A DNA stretch of 63,545 bases, filler included, from Thermodesulfobacteriota bacterium (GTDB lineage: Bacteria > DASVDK01), in assembly GCA_036381125.1 (NCBI GenBank). It is 7 parts of 7 records of this genome, joined end to end, with 100 filler letters (N's around TTAATTAATTAA, not from the genome) between each part and the next. Parts side by side here need not be neighbours in the genome. Positions count along the whole stretch, not along the records: positions 14,369 to 39,991 come from DASVDK010000061.1; 6 more parts are not named here. One strand, 5' to 3'. The position numbers and the translations under genes are program-made. Each line of letters begins with the position of its first letter. The first letter of the stretch is position 1. This document shows, piece by piece, positions 19,990-29,744 of the stretch. The notes beneath the pieces were generated by a model. The model had not been told where the DNA came from. It saw only the letters and a list, made by a program, of their open reading frames with translations, and did no database searches.

Positions 19990-20691
19990 ATGACGAGTCG
20001 ACCTCTCTTCACGCCAGAGGACCGGGCAGCGCTCCTCCGGCTCGCCCGGCCGGAGCGGCTGCGCAGCCGCGAGTACGTCTACCACCAGGGCGATCCTGCC
20101 CGAGCCGTGTACCTGATCGACTCCGGCATGGTGAAGCTCGCCCGACTGACCGACGACGCACGGGAGATCATCCTCGAGTTCCTCGGCCCCGGGGAGGTGT
20201 TCGGCGCGACCGACTTCCTCGACCGGACGACGACCGAGGAGTTCGCGCAGGCGCTCGAGCCGACCACCGTCCAGGTCATCCGCCGTGCCGACTTCGAGGC
20301 GCTCGCCGAGCGCCGGCCGAGCATTCTCGTCGCAGTGAGCCGCATGCTCGGTCGCCGTTCGCGGGACTTCGTCGTCCGGCTCGCCGACATGGTGAGCAAG
20401 GACGCCCGGCACCGCCTGGCCGACCTCCTCGACGGCCTGGCGGACCACTTCGGGGTGCCGACCGACGGGGGGGTCGCCTTCCCGGGTCGCCTGACCCACG
20501 TCGATCTCGGCAACTACATCGGCTCCGCGCGCGAGACCGTCACGGAGGCGCTCTCCGACTTCGTGAAGGCCGAGCGGATCCGCCGCAAGGGCCGCAAGAT
20601 CATCGTCACGCGCCGGCTCGGCGACGGGACCGCGGTGGAGGGGGATCGCCGCGAGCCGGAACCGGCTGCGGCGGTCGGCCAGAGGGCCTGA
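19990..20691 (+). CDS. Crp/Fnr family transcriptional regulator
   Basis: YHQGDP..VYLIDSGMVKL, GPGEVFG, HTH LTHVDLGNYIGSARETVT. Confidence 0.92.
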   Translation: MTSRPLFTPEDRAALLRLARPERLRSREYVYHQGDPARAVYLIDSGMVKLARLTDDAREIILEFLGPGEVFGATDFLDRTTTEEFAQALEPTTVQVIRRADFEALAERRPSILVAVSRMLGRRSRDFVVRLADMVSKDARHRLADLLDGLADHFGVPTDGGVAFPGRLTHVDLGNYIGSARETVTEALSDFVKAERIRRKGRKIIVTRRLGDGTAVEGDRREPEPAAAVGQRA

Positions 20692-20804
20692 CCCGGGCAG
20701 AGATCGCCGTACGGCGAGGTCCAGCCGGCCAACGGCGACGGGCCCGCCGGTGCCTGGCCGCTCGGAAGTTGAAGGACGGGCGCGGCCGTGGGTAGACTCT
20801 TCCC

Positions 20805-21782
20805 ATGCCGCGCCCACGCCTCCTCATCACGCAGCGCATCTTCCCCGACCTCGTCGAGCAGGCCCGCCGGGCCGTCGAGGTCGACTACCGCGACGAGGAC
20901 GGGCCGATGCCGGCGCCCGACCTCCTCCGCCGGCTCGCCGGGTGCCAGGGGCTCGTCTGCGCCAGCACCGACCGCATCGGCCCCGAGGTCCTCTCGCTCC
21001 CCGGCCTGCGCGTCGTCTCGAACATCGCCGTCGGGTACAACAACATCGACGTCGCCGCCGCCACGCAGCGCGGCATCGTCGTCACCAACACGCCGGGCGT
21101 GCTCGACGAGACGACCGCCGACCTGGCCTTCGCGCTGATCCTCGCCTCGGCGCGCCGCATCGTCGAGAGCGACCGGTGGCTCAGGGACGGCCACTGGAAG
21201 TCCTGGACCTTCTTCGACTGGCTCGGCGCCGACGTGCACGGCAAGACGCTCGGCGTGGTCGGCTTCGGCCGCATCGGCCAGGCCGTCGCCCGTCGGGGGC
21301 GCGGCTTCGGCATGACGATCCTCTACACCCAGCGACACCGCGCCGACCGGGCCGTGGAGGAGGCGCTCGGCGCGCGATACGTCGACAAGGCCGCCCTGCT
21401 CGCCGAGTCGGACTTCGTGACGCTCCACTGCCCCCTCACCCCCGAGACGACGCACTGGATCGACGCCGACGCCCTCGCCCGCATGAAGGCCACGGCGTTC
21501 CTCGTGAACACCGCCCGTGGGCCCGTGGTCGACGAGAAGGCGCTCGTCGCGGCGCTGAAGGCGAAGCGGATCGCCGGCGCGGGGATCGACGTGTTCGAGA
21601 AGGAGCCGGCGGTCGAGCCGGAGCTCGTCGGCATGCCGAACGTCGTGCTCACGCCCCACATCGGCAGCGCGTCGGTCGACACCCGCCGCAAGATGGCGAG
21701 CCTCGCCCTCGAGAACTGCGTCGCCGTTCTCACGGGCGGCCGCCCGCCGACCCCGGTGAACCCGGAGGTCCTCGGGCGGTAG
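20805..21782 (+). CDS. D-2-hydroxyacid dehydrogenase (glyoxylate/hydroxypyruvate reductase-like)
   Basis: AVGYNNID, TNTPGVL, GFGRIG, NTARG, DVFEKEP, TPHIGSA. Confidence 0.93.
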   Translation: MPRPRLLITQRIFPDLVEQARRAVEVDYRDEDGPMPAPDLLRRLAGCQGLVCASTDRIGPEVLSLPGLRVVSNIAVGYNNIDVAAATQRGIVVTNTPGVLDETTADLAFALILASARRIVESDRWLRDGHWKSWTFFDWLGADVHGKTLGVVGFGRIGQAVARRGRGFGMTILYTQRHRADRAVEEALGARYVDKAALLAESDFVTLHCPLTPETTHWIDADALARMKATAFLVNTARGPVVDEKALVAALKAKRIAGAGIDVFEKEPAVEPELVGMPNVVLTPHIGSASVDTRRKMASLALENCVAVLTGGRPPTPVNPEVLGR

Positions 21783-21903
21783 GTCGCGCCCCCAATCGCC
21801 GGCTCGGTCGAGGACCGCCTCCACGGCCTCACGCAATCCATGATCTGCACATCCGGACTGCCTTCCGGCCGAACGGGTGCTTGATTCCCGCGTGCGGGCA
21901 TGA

Positions 21904-22365
21904 TTTGTCGTCGAGTTCTCGATCCAGCACGATCACGTCCATCTCATCGTGGAGGCGAACTCGGAGGCGAACTCGGAGGCGAACTCGCGCGAGGCCCTGA
22001 TCCGCGGCGTGCAGGGCCTGGCGATACGCGTGGCAAGGGCCATCAACCGGGCGAAGGGCCAACGGGGGCGGGTGTGGGCCGACCGCTACCATGCCCGTAC
22101 GCTCACGACGCCGCGCGAGGTGCGCAACGCGTTGGTCTACGTCCTGACCAACTTCAAGAAGCACCGCGGTGAGCCGGGCCGCCTCGACGCATGCTCGTCC
22201 GCGACGTGGTTCACCGGATGGCGGAACTTCCGGCCGATCCCGCCGCCCGGTGTGGCGTGTCCCGTATCGCCGGCCCGCGCCTGGCTGCTGCGCGCCGGTT
22301 GGCGGCGACACGGGCTGATCCGGGTCGTCGAGCGTCCCAGGAGCGGCGAGCCAGACAGGACGTGA
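21904..22365 (+). pseudogene. 5'-truncated REP-associated tyrosine (HUH/Y1, RAYT-like) transposase
   Basis: FVVEFSIQHDHVHLIVEA (HUH), GRVWADRYH, EVRNALVYVLTN (catalytic Tyr); in-frame TGA at 21901 with no N-terminus; 12-bp triplication (EANS x3). Confidence 0.75.
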
Positions 22366-22385
22366 TCGACGTCGGCGGCGGTCGA

Positions 22386-23375
22386 TCAAACGCTCTCGCC
22401 CGCCGACAACACGTGATTCGCGATCCTCAAACCTGTCCTGTTGGGCGTGGCGAGCAGCAGGTAGTAGAGGTGTCCGCCCGCGGTGTTCCTGATCAGTGCC
22501 GCTCTCGACGCATAGCCGAACTCCTTGCGGAGCCGGTCGCGATACCAGCGTACGAGCGCATGCCCGGATTCGCGACGCTTCACGACCTGGCTCTCACCGA
22601 AGAGGGTCTTCTCTCTCGTGTAAAGCAGGTCAAACCACTCGGGCGAACCAAAGTAGCTGTCCAGCCGTGCACGACGGCCAGAATCGAATTGCCCGCTCCT
22701 GAGAAGGAGACGCTGGATCGCCATGCCTACCGGGAAATTGACGAAGACCTCTATTGCCCTTGTCTTCGCCAAAGCGGTCATCGTATCCCACGTGACCTGC
22801 ATCCCGAAAGGATCGAGGAAGACGACCGCGCGCCACTCGCGCCAGTTGATCTTGGGGTTGTCCACGAGTCGAGTGCGTAGATAGGTGCCGCAGTCAACCT
22901 GGCGGATCGCCACATTTCGCGTCTCGCCATATTCCCGCGCAAGGCTCCGCAGAGCTGCGACTCGGTCCGGATCCTTCTCGAGGAAGACATACCACGAGAA
23001 GGGGTAGGCGCTCTCGAGAGCCACCTTGGGGGATCCGGCGATGAACGCTCGTTCGCCAGCGTCGTCTTCGCCGCTCGCGTCGAGATCGATCAGTTCTCTT
23101 TGTTCCGCTTCGCCTCGAGGCGGCAATCGAAGCTTATGGCGTCCCGGCCCTGCGAACGCGTCGACGTACACGAAGCCCTTGCACCACGTCTTTTTGCGCA
23201 TGATCTTGGTGTAAGCATCGAGGTACTTCCGCAGGTGTTCGAGCTTTTCCCGAGCCCACGGACCGACAACGCTCTCGAAAGCCGACTGATCCAGCAGGAC
23301 AGCAGCTCCGAACCCTTCGGGACGCTCACTCCACGGGCGTGCTACGCGGGGCCGGGGAGATATCCGCGGGCCCAT
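22386..23375 (-). CDS. tcmP: Three-Cys-motif partner protein TcmP (SAM-methyltransferase-like); start uncertain
   Basis: [47 protein letters not shown]; lies directly downstream of DUF5131. Confidence 0.85.
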   Translation of the reverse strand: MGPRISPRPRVARPWSERPEGFGAAVLLDQSAFESVVGPWAREKLEHLRKYLDAYTKIMRKKTWCKGFVYVDAFAGPGRHKLRLPPRGEAEQRELIDLDASGEDDAGERAFIAGSPKVALESAYPFSWYVFLEKDPDRVAALRSLAREYGETRNVAIRQVDCGTYLRTRLVDNPKINWREWRAVVFLDPFGMQVTWDTMTALAKTRAIEVFVNFPVGMAIQRLLLRSGQFDSGRRARLDSYFGSPEWFDLLYTREKTLFGESQVVKRRESGHALVRWYRDRLRKEFGYASRAALIRNTAGGHLYYLLLATPNRTGLRIANHVLSAGESV

Positions 23376-24100
23376 TGTGAGTGGCCCATCGAGAAGCCGG
23401 GAAGGTCGTCCCACGTCCGACCGTCGAGCTCCCTGCCGCGCGACTTCGCCGTCGGCCCGCCCCACTGCTTGAAGAAGAAGGGCACTCCCTTGGCGAGACA
23501 CTGATCTCGAATCTCGATGACCCAATCCAGCTCGATCGGGCGGTGCCGAGGCCCGCTCTCTCCGCCGACTATGACCCAATGGATCGCGTCGAGAGGGAGG
23601 TTCGGGATCGGTCCAAGAAGGGGCTCCACCGAGAGGAAACGTACGGCTGCTGGGACAGTGCGTAGATCAGCGATCCGGCTCGTGTAGCGAGCGCTCTCAA
23701 CCGACACACCCTGCCAGACGTTGGCCGGCCAGGGGAGGGATGGAGCAAGCTGCGCGAGGCGCTTCGATCGCTTCGTAAGGACCTGGAAGGTGTGCCAGGA
23801 CGCCGACTTCATGACTTCGAAGACGCGTCGTATGTAGTCGGCGGGGATCGCCTCGTGAAAGAGATCGCTCATGCTGTTCACGAAGATCCGTCGAGGCGTA
23901 CGCCAGCGCAGCGGAAGCTCCATCTGATCAGCCTGGAGCGTCAGCGAGAAGCCATTGCGGTAACGCCGATTCCCCATCGCCCGCAAACGCTCGGCGAGCC
24001 GCTCTGCGTAGCAGTTCTTGCAGCCCGGGCTGACCTTATTGCAGCCCGTGACGGGGTTCCAGGTCGCGTCCGTCCACTCGATCGCCGACTTATCGCCCAT
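23342..24100 (-). CDS. DUF5131 / phage Gp37-Gp68 family protein (Cx6Cx2C Fe-S motif)
   Basis: [60 protein letters not shown]; alternative in-frame ATG at 24199. Confidence 0.93.
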   Translation of the reverse strand: MGDKSAIEWTDATWNPVTGCNKVSPGCKNCYAERLAERLRAMGNRRYRNGFSLTLQADQMELPLRWRTPRRIFVNSMSDLFHEAIPADYIRRVFEVMKSASWHTFQVLTKRSKRLAQLAPSLPWPANVWQGVSVESARYTSRIADLRTVPAAVRFLSVEPLLGPIPNLPLDAIHWVIVGGESGPRHRPIELDWVIEIRDQCLAKGVPFFFKQWGGPTAKSRGRELDGRTWDDLPGFSMGHSQWARGYLPGPA

Positions 24101-24262
24101 CCGGATTCCCCTCGTGCACAAATTAGCAGTCAACGACGAAACAAGCACGGGAAGAACTTGACGCACCAACTCATCCTGACACGGATTATCTGGAACCATA
24201 GCAAGCGCCTCCTCGTCATTCGTCGGGAGCAAGGCTGACGACCGAGCCGCTCCCGCACTCAG

Positions 24263-25420
24263 TTACGTCCCGATCGACATCTCCCGATCGTCCCGCACGA
24301 ACGCCTCGATCTCGTCGCGCCGGCGCGCGGCGTCCCGCTCGCCGAGGTCGATGAGCTCCCTCGTGTAGGCGCGGTCGAAGAGGATGTAGCTCGGCAACTC
24401 GGGGCTGCCGTGGTCGCCGGCGCCGAGGCCGCGCAGCAGGTAGCGGATCTTCCCCGGGAAGCGGGTGAGGTGCGGCTCGGCCATGGCGCCGAGGTCCTCG
24501 GAGGGGGAGATCATGAGGGCCTGGATCGGCCTGAGCGGCAACCGGCCGCGCGCCTCCGGGGGGAGGAGCGACAGGGTCGCGTTGATGCGGTTCAGCCGCT
24601 CGAGGTCGCCGTCGATCGAGTCCATGAAGACGGCGTTGAGGACGCCGGCCGCGATGCCGGCGGCCGTCGGCCGCGCGGCCGGGGCGGCGAGGGCGTCCAC
24701 GTAGGCCTGGGCGGGGCGGCCCTTCCGGACCCCCACGGCGAGGATGCGCTCGGCGCCGAGGTGGATGGCGGGGCTGAAGGGCGAGGTCACGTGCACCGCG
24801 CCGTCCCCGTACCAGCCGCCGTCCACGTGCACGGGCGGGAAGACCAGGGGGATGGCCGTCGACGCCATCACGTGGTCCACCGAGAGGCGCGAGCGGACGC
24901 CGAGGCGGCGCGCCCGGCTCCAGGTGACGCCCGACCGCGGCGAGTCCACGAACGCGACCGACGCGCCGCTGCCGTAGTGCGTGGCGAGCACGGCGAGGCC
25001 GAAGAGGCTGCCGGTCTCGAGGGCGCGGCGAGCGGCGCCGAAGTCGAGCACCCGCTCGAGGAGCCGGCGCAGGGGCGAGGGGTCGAGGAGCGCGCCGGCG
25101 CCCTGGTGGCCGACCACCCCGCCGAAGACGAGGCTCGTGAGCCATCCGAGCCCGATCCGCCCGAGGCTCACCGCGTCGGTGCGGAAGACCTGCTCGAGGG
25201 TGAGGTCGCGCCAGAGGGCCGCCACGCGCCTCGCGGCCGCCGGGAAGTCGGGCGCCCCGCTCGCGAGCCCGACGGCGTTGATCGCGCCGGACGAGATGCC
25301 GGTCAGGATGGGGAACGGGTACGGGGCGGCGCGGTCGCCCAGGATGCGAGCGACCCCCGCGAGCACGCCCGCCTGGTACGCACCCCGCGCACCGCCGCCC
25401 GTGAGGAGCAGGCCACGCAT
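24263..25420 (-). CDS. Patatin-like phospholipase
   Basis: TGGGARGAYQAG, GISSG nucleophile elbow, YGDGA. Confidence 0.92.
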   Translation of the reverse strand: MRGLLLTGGGARGAYQAGVLAGVARILGDRAAPYPFPILTGISSGAINAVGLASGAPDFPAAARRVAALWRDLTLEQVFRTDAVSLGRIGLGWLTSLVFGGVVGHQGAGALLDPSPLRRLLERVLDFGAARRALETGSLFGLAVLATHYGSGASVAFVDSPRSGVTWSRARRLGVRSRLSVDHVMASTAIPLVFPPVHVDGGWYGDGAVHVTSPFSPAIHLGAERILAVGVRKGRPAQAYVDALAAPAARPTAAGIAAGVLNAVFMDSIDGDLERLNRINATLSLLPPEARGRLPLRPIQALMISPSEDLGAMAEPHLTRFPGKIRYLLRGLGAGDHGSPELPSYILFDRAYTRELIDLGERDAARRRDEIEAFVRDDREMSIGT

Positions 25421-25596
25421 CGGGAGCCTCCCTCCCGGCCGCCGAACCGCGGCCGGGAGGGGTTCATACCACGAAGCCGGGCGCCGGGGGAGCCCCGGTT
25501 ACGCCGACTCGTGCAGGGCCACGCCGCGGGCGCGGCCGGCCGGCGCGCCCCTGCCGTGTCCAGAGCGGGTCGCCGTCGATGGCATCGTGGCCCGCG

Positions 25597-26379
25597 CTAC
25601 GAGTGGGGCCGCATGATGCGCGCGCCCGCCCGGGTGACCAGCCGTCCCGGGATGAAGCGCGTGGCGTGCGCCACGAGGGCGTTGGCGAGGCCCGGGACGA
25701 CGACGCGCCGGCCGGCGTCCACGCCGCGCAGGCCGGCGTCGACGACGACCTCGGCCGGCAGCATCCGCACGCCGGCGAACTTCGGTGACAGGCCCGACCG
25801 GTCGAAGAACTCCGTGGCGGTCGGTCCCGGGCAGAGGCAGACCACCCGGACGCCGCGCCCCTCCACCTCCTCGGCCAGCGCCTCGGAGAACGATCGGACG
25901 AAGGCCTTCGTGGCGGCGTAGACGGCAAAGTAGGGCACCGGCTGAAACGCCGCGGTCGACGCCACGTTGAGGACCACCCCGGCGCCCCGGGCCAGCATGG
26001 GCGGGAGGAACCGCCGTGCGAGCGCCGCGACGGCCCCGACGTTGAGCTGGATCATGTCGGCCTGGCGCGCCGGGTCGAGGTCGACCGCAGCGCCGTGGAA
26101 GCCGAAGCCGGCGTTGTTGATCAGCCAGCCGACCTCGAGGCCCCGGCGGGCGACCTCCGCCTCGAGCGCCGCGTCGGCACCGGGGCGCGCCAGGTCGAGC
26201 GCGATCACCTCCACCCGCCGGCCCGACGGCCGGAGCTCGGCCGCGAGGCGCTCGAGGCGCTCGGCGCGGCGGGCCACGAGCACGAGGTCGAGCCCCCGCG
26301 CCGAAAGGCGCCGCGCGAAGACCTCGCCGATCCCGCTGCTCGCCCCCGTGACCAGCGCGAGCGACGCCGCGGCCGCCAT
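25597..26379 (-). CDS. SDR family oxidoreductase
   Basis: TGASSGIG, NNAG, YAATK. Confidence 0.93.
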   Translation of the reverse strand: MAAAASLALVTGASSGIGEVFARRLSARGLDLVLVARRAERLERLAAELRPSGRRVEVIALDLARPGADAALEAEVARRGLEVGWLINNAGFGFHGAAVDLDPARQADMIQLNVGAVAALARRFLPPMLARGAGVVLNVASTAAFQPVPYFAVYAATKAFVRSFSEALAEEVEGRGVRVVCLCPGPTATEFFDRSGLSPKFAGVRMLPAEVVVDAGLRGVDAGRRVVVPGLANALVAHATRFIPGRLVTRAGARIMRPHS

Positions 26380-26380
26380 C

Positions 26381-27922
26381 CTATCGCCCGCCGTCGCGGG
26401 CCCAGTCGCGCAGGAACTGGACGAGGAGCCGCACGCCGAAGCCGACCGCTCCCTTCGGGACGTACGGCCGGTCCTTGTCGGCCCAGCCGACGCCGGCGAT
26501 GTCGAGGTGCACCCAGGGGTAGTCGACGAACTCCTTGAGGAAGAGCGCCGCGGTGATCGACCCGGCGTCGCGACCGCCGCTGTTCTTGATGTCGGCGATG
26601 TCGCTCTTGATGAGCTCGCGGTACTCGTCGAAGAGCGGCAGCTCCCAGACCCGCTCGCCCGACGCCTCGGCGGCCGCCTTCACGCGGGCGGCCAGCGCGG
26701 GGTCGTTCGACATGAGGCCGGCCGCCTCGGTGCCGAGCGCGACCTTGATCGCCCCGGTGAGCGTCGCCAGGTCGATCACGGCGGCCGGCCTGTAGCGGCT
26801 CGCGTAGGCGAGGGCGTCGGCGAGGACCACCCGCCCCTCGGCGTCGGTGTTGACGATCTCGGCGGTCTTGCCGTTGAGGAACCGCACGACGTCGCCCGGC
26901 CGGTACGCCGAGCCGGACGGCGTGTTCTCGGTCCACGGGCAGAGCCCGACGAGGCGCACCGGCAGCTTCAGCGCCGCCACCGCCTTGAAGGTGGCGAGCA
27001 CCGCCACCGAGCCGGCCTTGTCGTACTTCATCCGATCCATGCCGTCGGCCGGCTTGAGCGAGATGCCGCCGGTGTCGAACGTGATCCCCTTGCCGACCAG
27101 CACCACCGGCGCCCCGGCGCCCCCCGTGCCGTCGTACTCGAGGACGCCGAACCGGGCCGGCTCGAACTCGTGCGAGCCGCGGTTCACCGCCACGATCCCG
27201 CCCGCGCCGAGGGCCGTAAGCTCCTCGAGCCCGAGGATGGTCGCGGTGAAGCCCCCCTCCGCGGCGAGGTCGCGCGCGTACTGCGCCATGCGCGACGGCG
27301 TGGCCTCGTTCGACGGCGTCGCGATCAGCTCGCGGGCGAAGCGGACCGCCCCGGCCACGACCTCGCCCACCGAGGCGCCGGCCGACACCTCGCCGGGCGC
27401 CTCCCCCTCACCCGCCACGAGCGTCACCTGGGCGAGGCGCGCCGTCTTCTCGGCCTTCTCCCGGTCTTCCGCGTTCGTCTTGAAGCGGTCGAGCCGGTGG
27501 AGGCCGAGCAGGATCCCCTCGACGGTTGCCTGGGCCGCCTCGGCGAGGCCGGCGGGGCGGCCCCCCGCTCCGCGCGCCGGGTGGAAGAGGGTCGTCGCCA
27601 GGTGCGCGGCCCCGAGGTCGCGCGCGCGCTGCGCCGCCCGGGCGGCGGCCTGCCTCACCCGGTCGACCGTGAAGTCGGCCCCCTTGCCGAGGCCGACCAC
27701 GAGCAGGCGCGTCGCGGCGATCCGGCCGCGGCCGTAGATCACCGCCGTCTGGCCGCTCTTGCCGGTGACGTCGCCGGTCTCCAGGAGGTGGGCGATCTCG
27801 CCGTCGAGGGCCCGATCGAGCGCGGCCAGCGCCCCTTCGGGACGGCTCCCCTCGAAGAGGCCGACGGCGAGCACGTCGGCGGCAGTCTCGGCAAGCGGGG
27901 TCGTGGTCACGGCGAACGGCAT
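26381..27922 (-). CDS. pepA: Leucyl aminopeptidase (M17)
   Basis: LVGKGITFDTGGISLK, MKYD, NTDAEGR, HLDIAG. Confidence 0.96.
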   Translation of the reverse strand: MPFAVTTTPLAETAADVLAVGLFEGSRPEGALAALDRALDGEIAHLLETGDVTGKSGQTAVIYGRGRIAATRLLVVGLGKGADFTVDRVRQAAARAAQRARDLGAAHLATTLFHPARGAGGRPAGLAEAAQATVEGILLGLHRLDRFKTNAEDREKAEKTARLAQVTLVAGEGEAPGEVSAGASVGEVVAGAVRFARELIATPSNEATPSRMAQYARDLAAEGGFTATILGLEELTALGAGGIVAVNRGSHEFEPARFGVLEYDGTGGAGAPVVLVGKGITFDTGGISLKPADGMDRMKYDKAGSVAVLATFKAVAALKLPVRLVGLCPWTENTPSGSAYRPGDVVRFLNGKTAEIVNTDAEGRVVLADALAYASRYRPAAVIDLATLTGAIKVALGTEAAGLMSNDPALAARVKAAAEASGERVWELPLFDEYRELIKSDIADIKNSGGRDAGSITAALFLKEFVDYPWVHLDIAGVGWADKDRPYVPKGAVGFGVRLLVQFLRDWARDGGR

Positions 27923-28086
27923 GGCTCCGGGATCTCCTTAACCAGAGGGACGTCGGTACGGTTCGAGGGCGGTGATCGTAGCACGGGCCACGGCGGCGAC
28001 GACCGCGGTATACCTGGACTCGGGCGAGGGATAAGTCGGCGAGAAGCGGCAAGACGCCCAGGAGGCCGGCTGGCAGAATCGGGACC

Positions 28087-28728
28087 ATGAGCATGACGGT
28101 GGACGAGATGTGGCGCGCGTTCGTCGACAGGGACGCCCGGTACGACGGCCGCTTCGTAACCGCGGTCCGCACGACCGGGGTCTTCTGCCGCCCCTCGTGC
28201 ACCTGTCGCAAGCCAAGGCCGCAGAACGTCGAGTACTACCCGTCGGCCGAGGCCGCGGCGCGCGCCGGCTACCGCCCCTGCAAGCGGTGCCGGCCCGACC
28301 TGGCGGGCGGTTCGGCCGAGGCCGAGCGGCGCTTCGTCGAGCAGGCGATCGCCCGCATGCGCGCTCGCGCGCGCGATCCCCTCACGCTGGCCGACCTGGC
28401 GGCCGACTGCGGCGCCTCGCCGTCGGCCTTCGCCCGACGCTTTCGCGCGGCCGACGGCCGAAGCCCCATGCGGGCCCTGGCCGACGTGCGTGCCGAGCGG
28501 GCCGAGGCACTCCTGGCCGACCCGTCGTGCACGGTGCTTCAGGCCGCCCTCGAGGCCGGCTTCGGCAGCATCTCCAGCTTCGCTCGGGCGTTCCGGCGGC
28601 GGACCGGAATGACCCCCTCGGCCTGGCGCGCCGCGCGGCGCAGGCCGGCACGCCCCGGTGTCGCCGCTCCCGCGTCGGCGCCAGGCGCCGGGGTCCTCGT
28701 CGGGACGAACCATGGGAGCCCTCGATGA
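28087..28728 (+). CDS. Ada-type methylphosphotriester repair / AraC regulator (AdaA-like)
   Basis: AVRTTGVFCRPSC...GYRPCKRC zinc site plus AraC HTH. Confidence 0.92.
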   Translation: MSMTVDEMWRAFVDRDARYDGRFVTAVRTTGVFCRPSCTCRKPRPQNVEYYPSAEAAARAGYRPCKRCRPDLAGGSAEAERRFVEQAIARMRARARDPLTLADLAADCGASPSAFARRFRAADGRSPMRALADVRAERAEALLADPSCTVLQAALEAGFGSISSFARAFRRRTGMTPSAWRAARRRPARPGVAAPASAPGAGVLVGTNHGSPR

Positions 28729-29309
28729 CGGACGTGACGATCGACTTCACCGTGGTGGACACCCCCTTCGGCCCCATCGGGCTTGCGGCCACGGCCGCGG
28801 GGCTCGCGGCGCTCGCGCCGGTCGTCGCCGACGGCGACGAGCCGCGCTTCGGCGCCACCCGGGACATGACCGGCCTCGGACCGCTCTTCGCGCTCGCGCG
28901 GCGCGGCCGTCCCGCCGCGCGGTTCGTCGAGCACCCGGCCGACGGACCGCTGCCGCCCCGCCTCGCCGAGGCCGTGGCGGCGCTCAGGGCCTATCTCGCC
29001 GGCACGCCGCGCCCCGACGTGGCGCTGGATCTCGCCGGCACCCCGTTCCAGCTCGCCGTCTGGCGCGCGCTGCTCGAGATCCCCTACGGAGCGACCGTGA
29101 CCTACGGTGAGCTGGCCGCGCGCCTGGGACGGCCGGGGGCGGCGCGCGCCGTCGGCGCGGCGGTCGGCGCGAACCCGGTGTCGCTGCTCGTCCCCTGCCA
29201 CCGCGTCGTGGGTGCCGGCGGATCCCTCACCGGCTTCGGCTGGGGCCTCGCCCTCAAGCGTCGGCTCCTCGCCCACGAGCAGCAGGGCGCGCTCACCCTC
29301 ACGGCCTGA
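28725..29309 (+). CDS. ogt: Methylated-DNA--protein-cysteine methyltransferase
   Basis: GTPFQLAVW..IPYG..TYGELA..ARAVG..PCHRV; ATGA overlap with the Ada-like gene. Confidence 0.93.
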   Translation: MTDVTIDFTVVDTPFGPIGLAATAAGLAALAPVVADGDEPRFGATRDMTGLGPLFALARRGRPAARFVEHPADGPLPPRLAEAVAALRAYLAGTPRPDVALDLAGTPFQLAVWRALLEIPYGATVTYGELAARLGRPGAARAVGAAVGANPVSLLVPCHRVVGAGGSLTGFGWGLALKRRLLAHEQQGALTLTA

Positions 29310-29358
29310 GCGCCGCCGTTCCTGCCTGTCTCCCGCCTCGCGGCAATCGTCGCCACTG

Positions 29359-29428
29359 TGTCACCGATCGGTGACTTTTGCTCTTGTCACCGTTCGGTGA
29401 CATCCTATAATGTCTCCGATCGGTGACA
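29359..29428 (+). promoter_or_regulatory. hipBA promoter with three 18-bp palindromic operators
   Basis: TGTCACCGATCGGTGAC(T/A)-like sites at 29359, 29385 and 29411 (26-bp period); TATAAT at 29406, TTGTCA at 29384. Confidence 0.85.
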
Positions 29429-29447
29429 TTCTGGACAGGGTTCACGA

Positions 29448-29744
29448 ATGCAGATTCGAATTCGGACCCCTCTCGACCTCGGCGCGGCCATCCGCGACCA
29501 GCGCCGTCGCCTCGGACTGGGCCAGCGCGCGCTTGCCGATCGCGTCGGCGTCAGCCGCAAGTGGATCGTCGAGGTCGAGAAGGGGAAGCCGAGTGCCGAG
29601 ATCGGCCTGATCTTGCGGACGCTCGACGTGCTCGGTGTTGCGCTCGTCATCGACGACGGCACCCCCGCCGTGCTCGAGGCCGAGACCCCTGCCGTCGACA
29701 TCGACGCCATCGTCGACGCCGCTCGCGGCAAGAAATCGAGATGA
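29448..29744 (+). CDS. hipB: HipB-like XRE antitoxin
   Basis: DLGAAIRDQRRRLGLGQRALADRVGVSRKWIVEVEKGK HTH; ATGA overlap with hipA. Confidence 0.9.
   Translation: MQIRIRTPLDLGAAIRDQRRRLGLGQRALADRVGVSRKWIVEVEKGKPSAEIGLILRTLDVLGVALVIDDGTPAVLEAETPAVDIDAIVDAARGKKSR

Noticed and set aside
29359-29428. Mini-CRISPR from three palindromic repeats
   Set aside because: The 8-nt spacers and overlap with -35/-10 upstream of hipB fit operators
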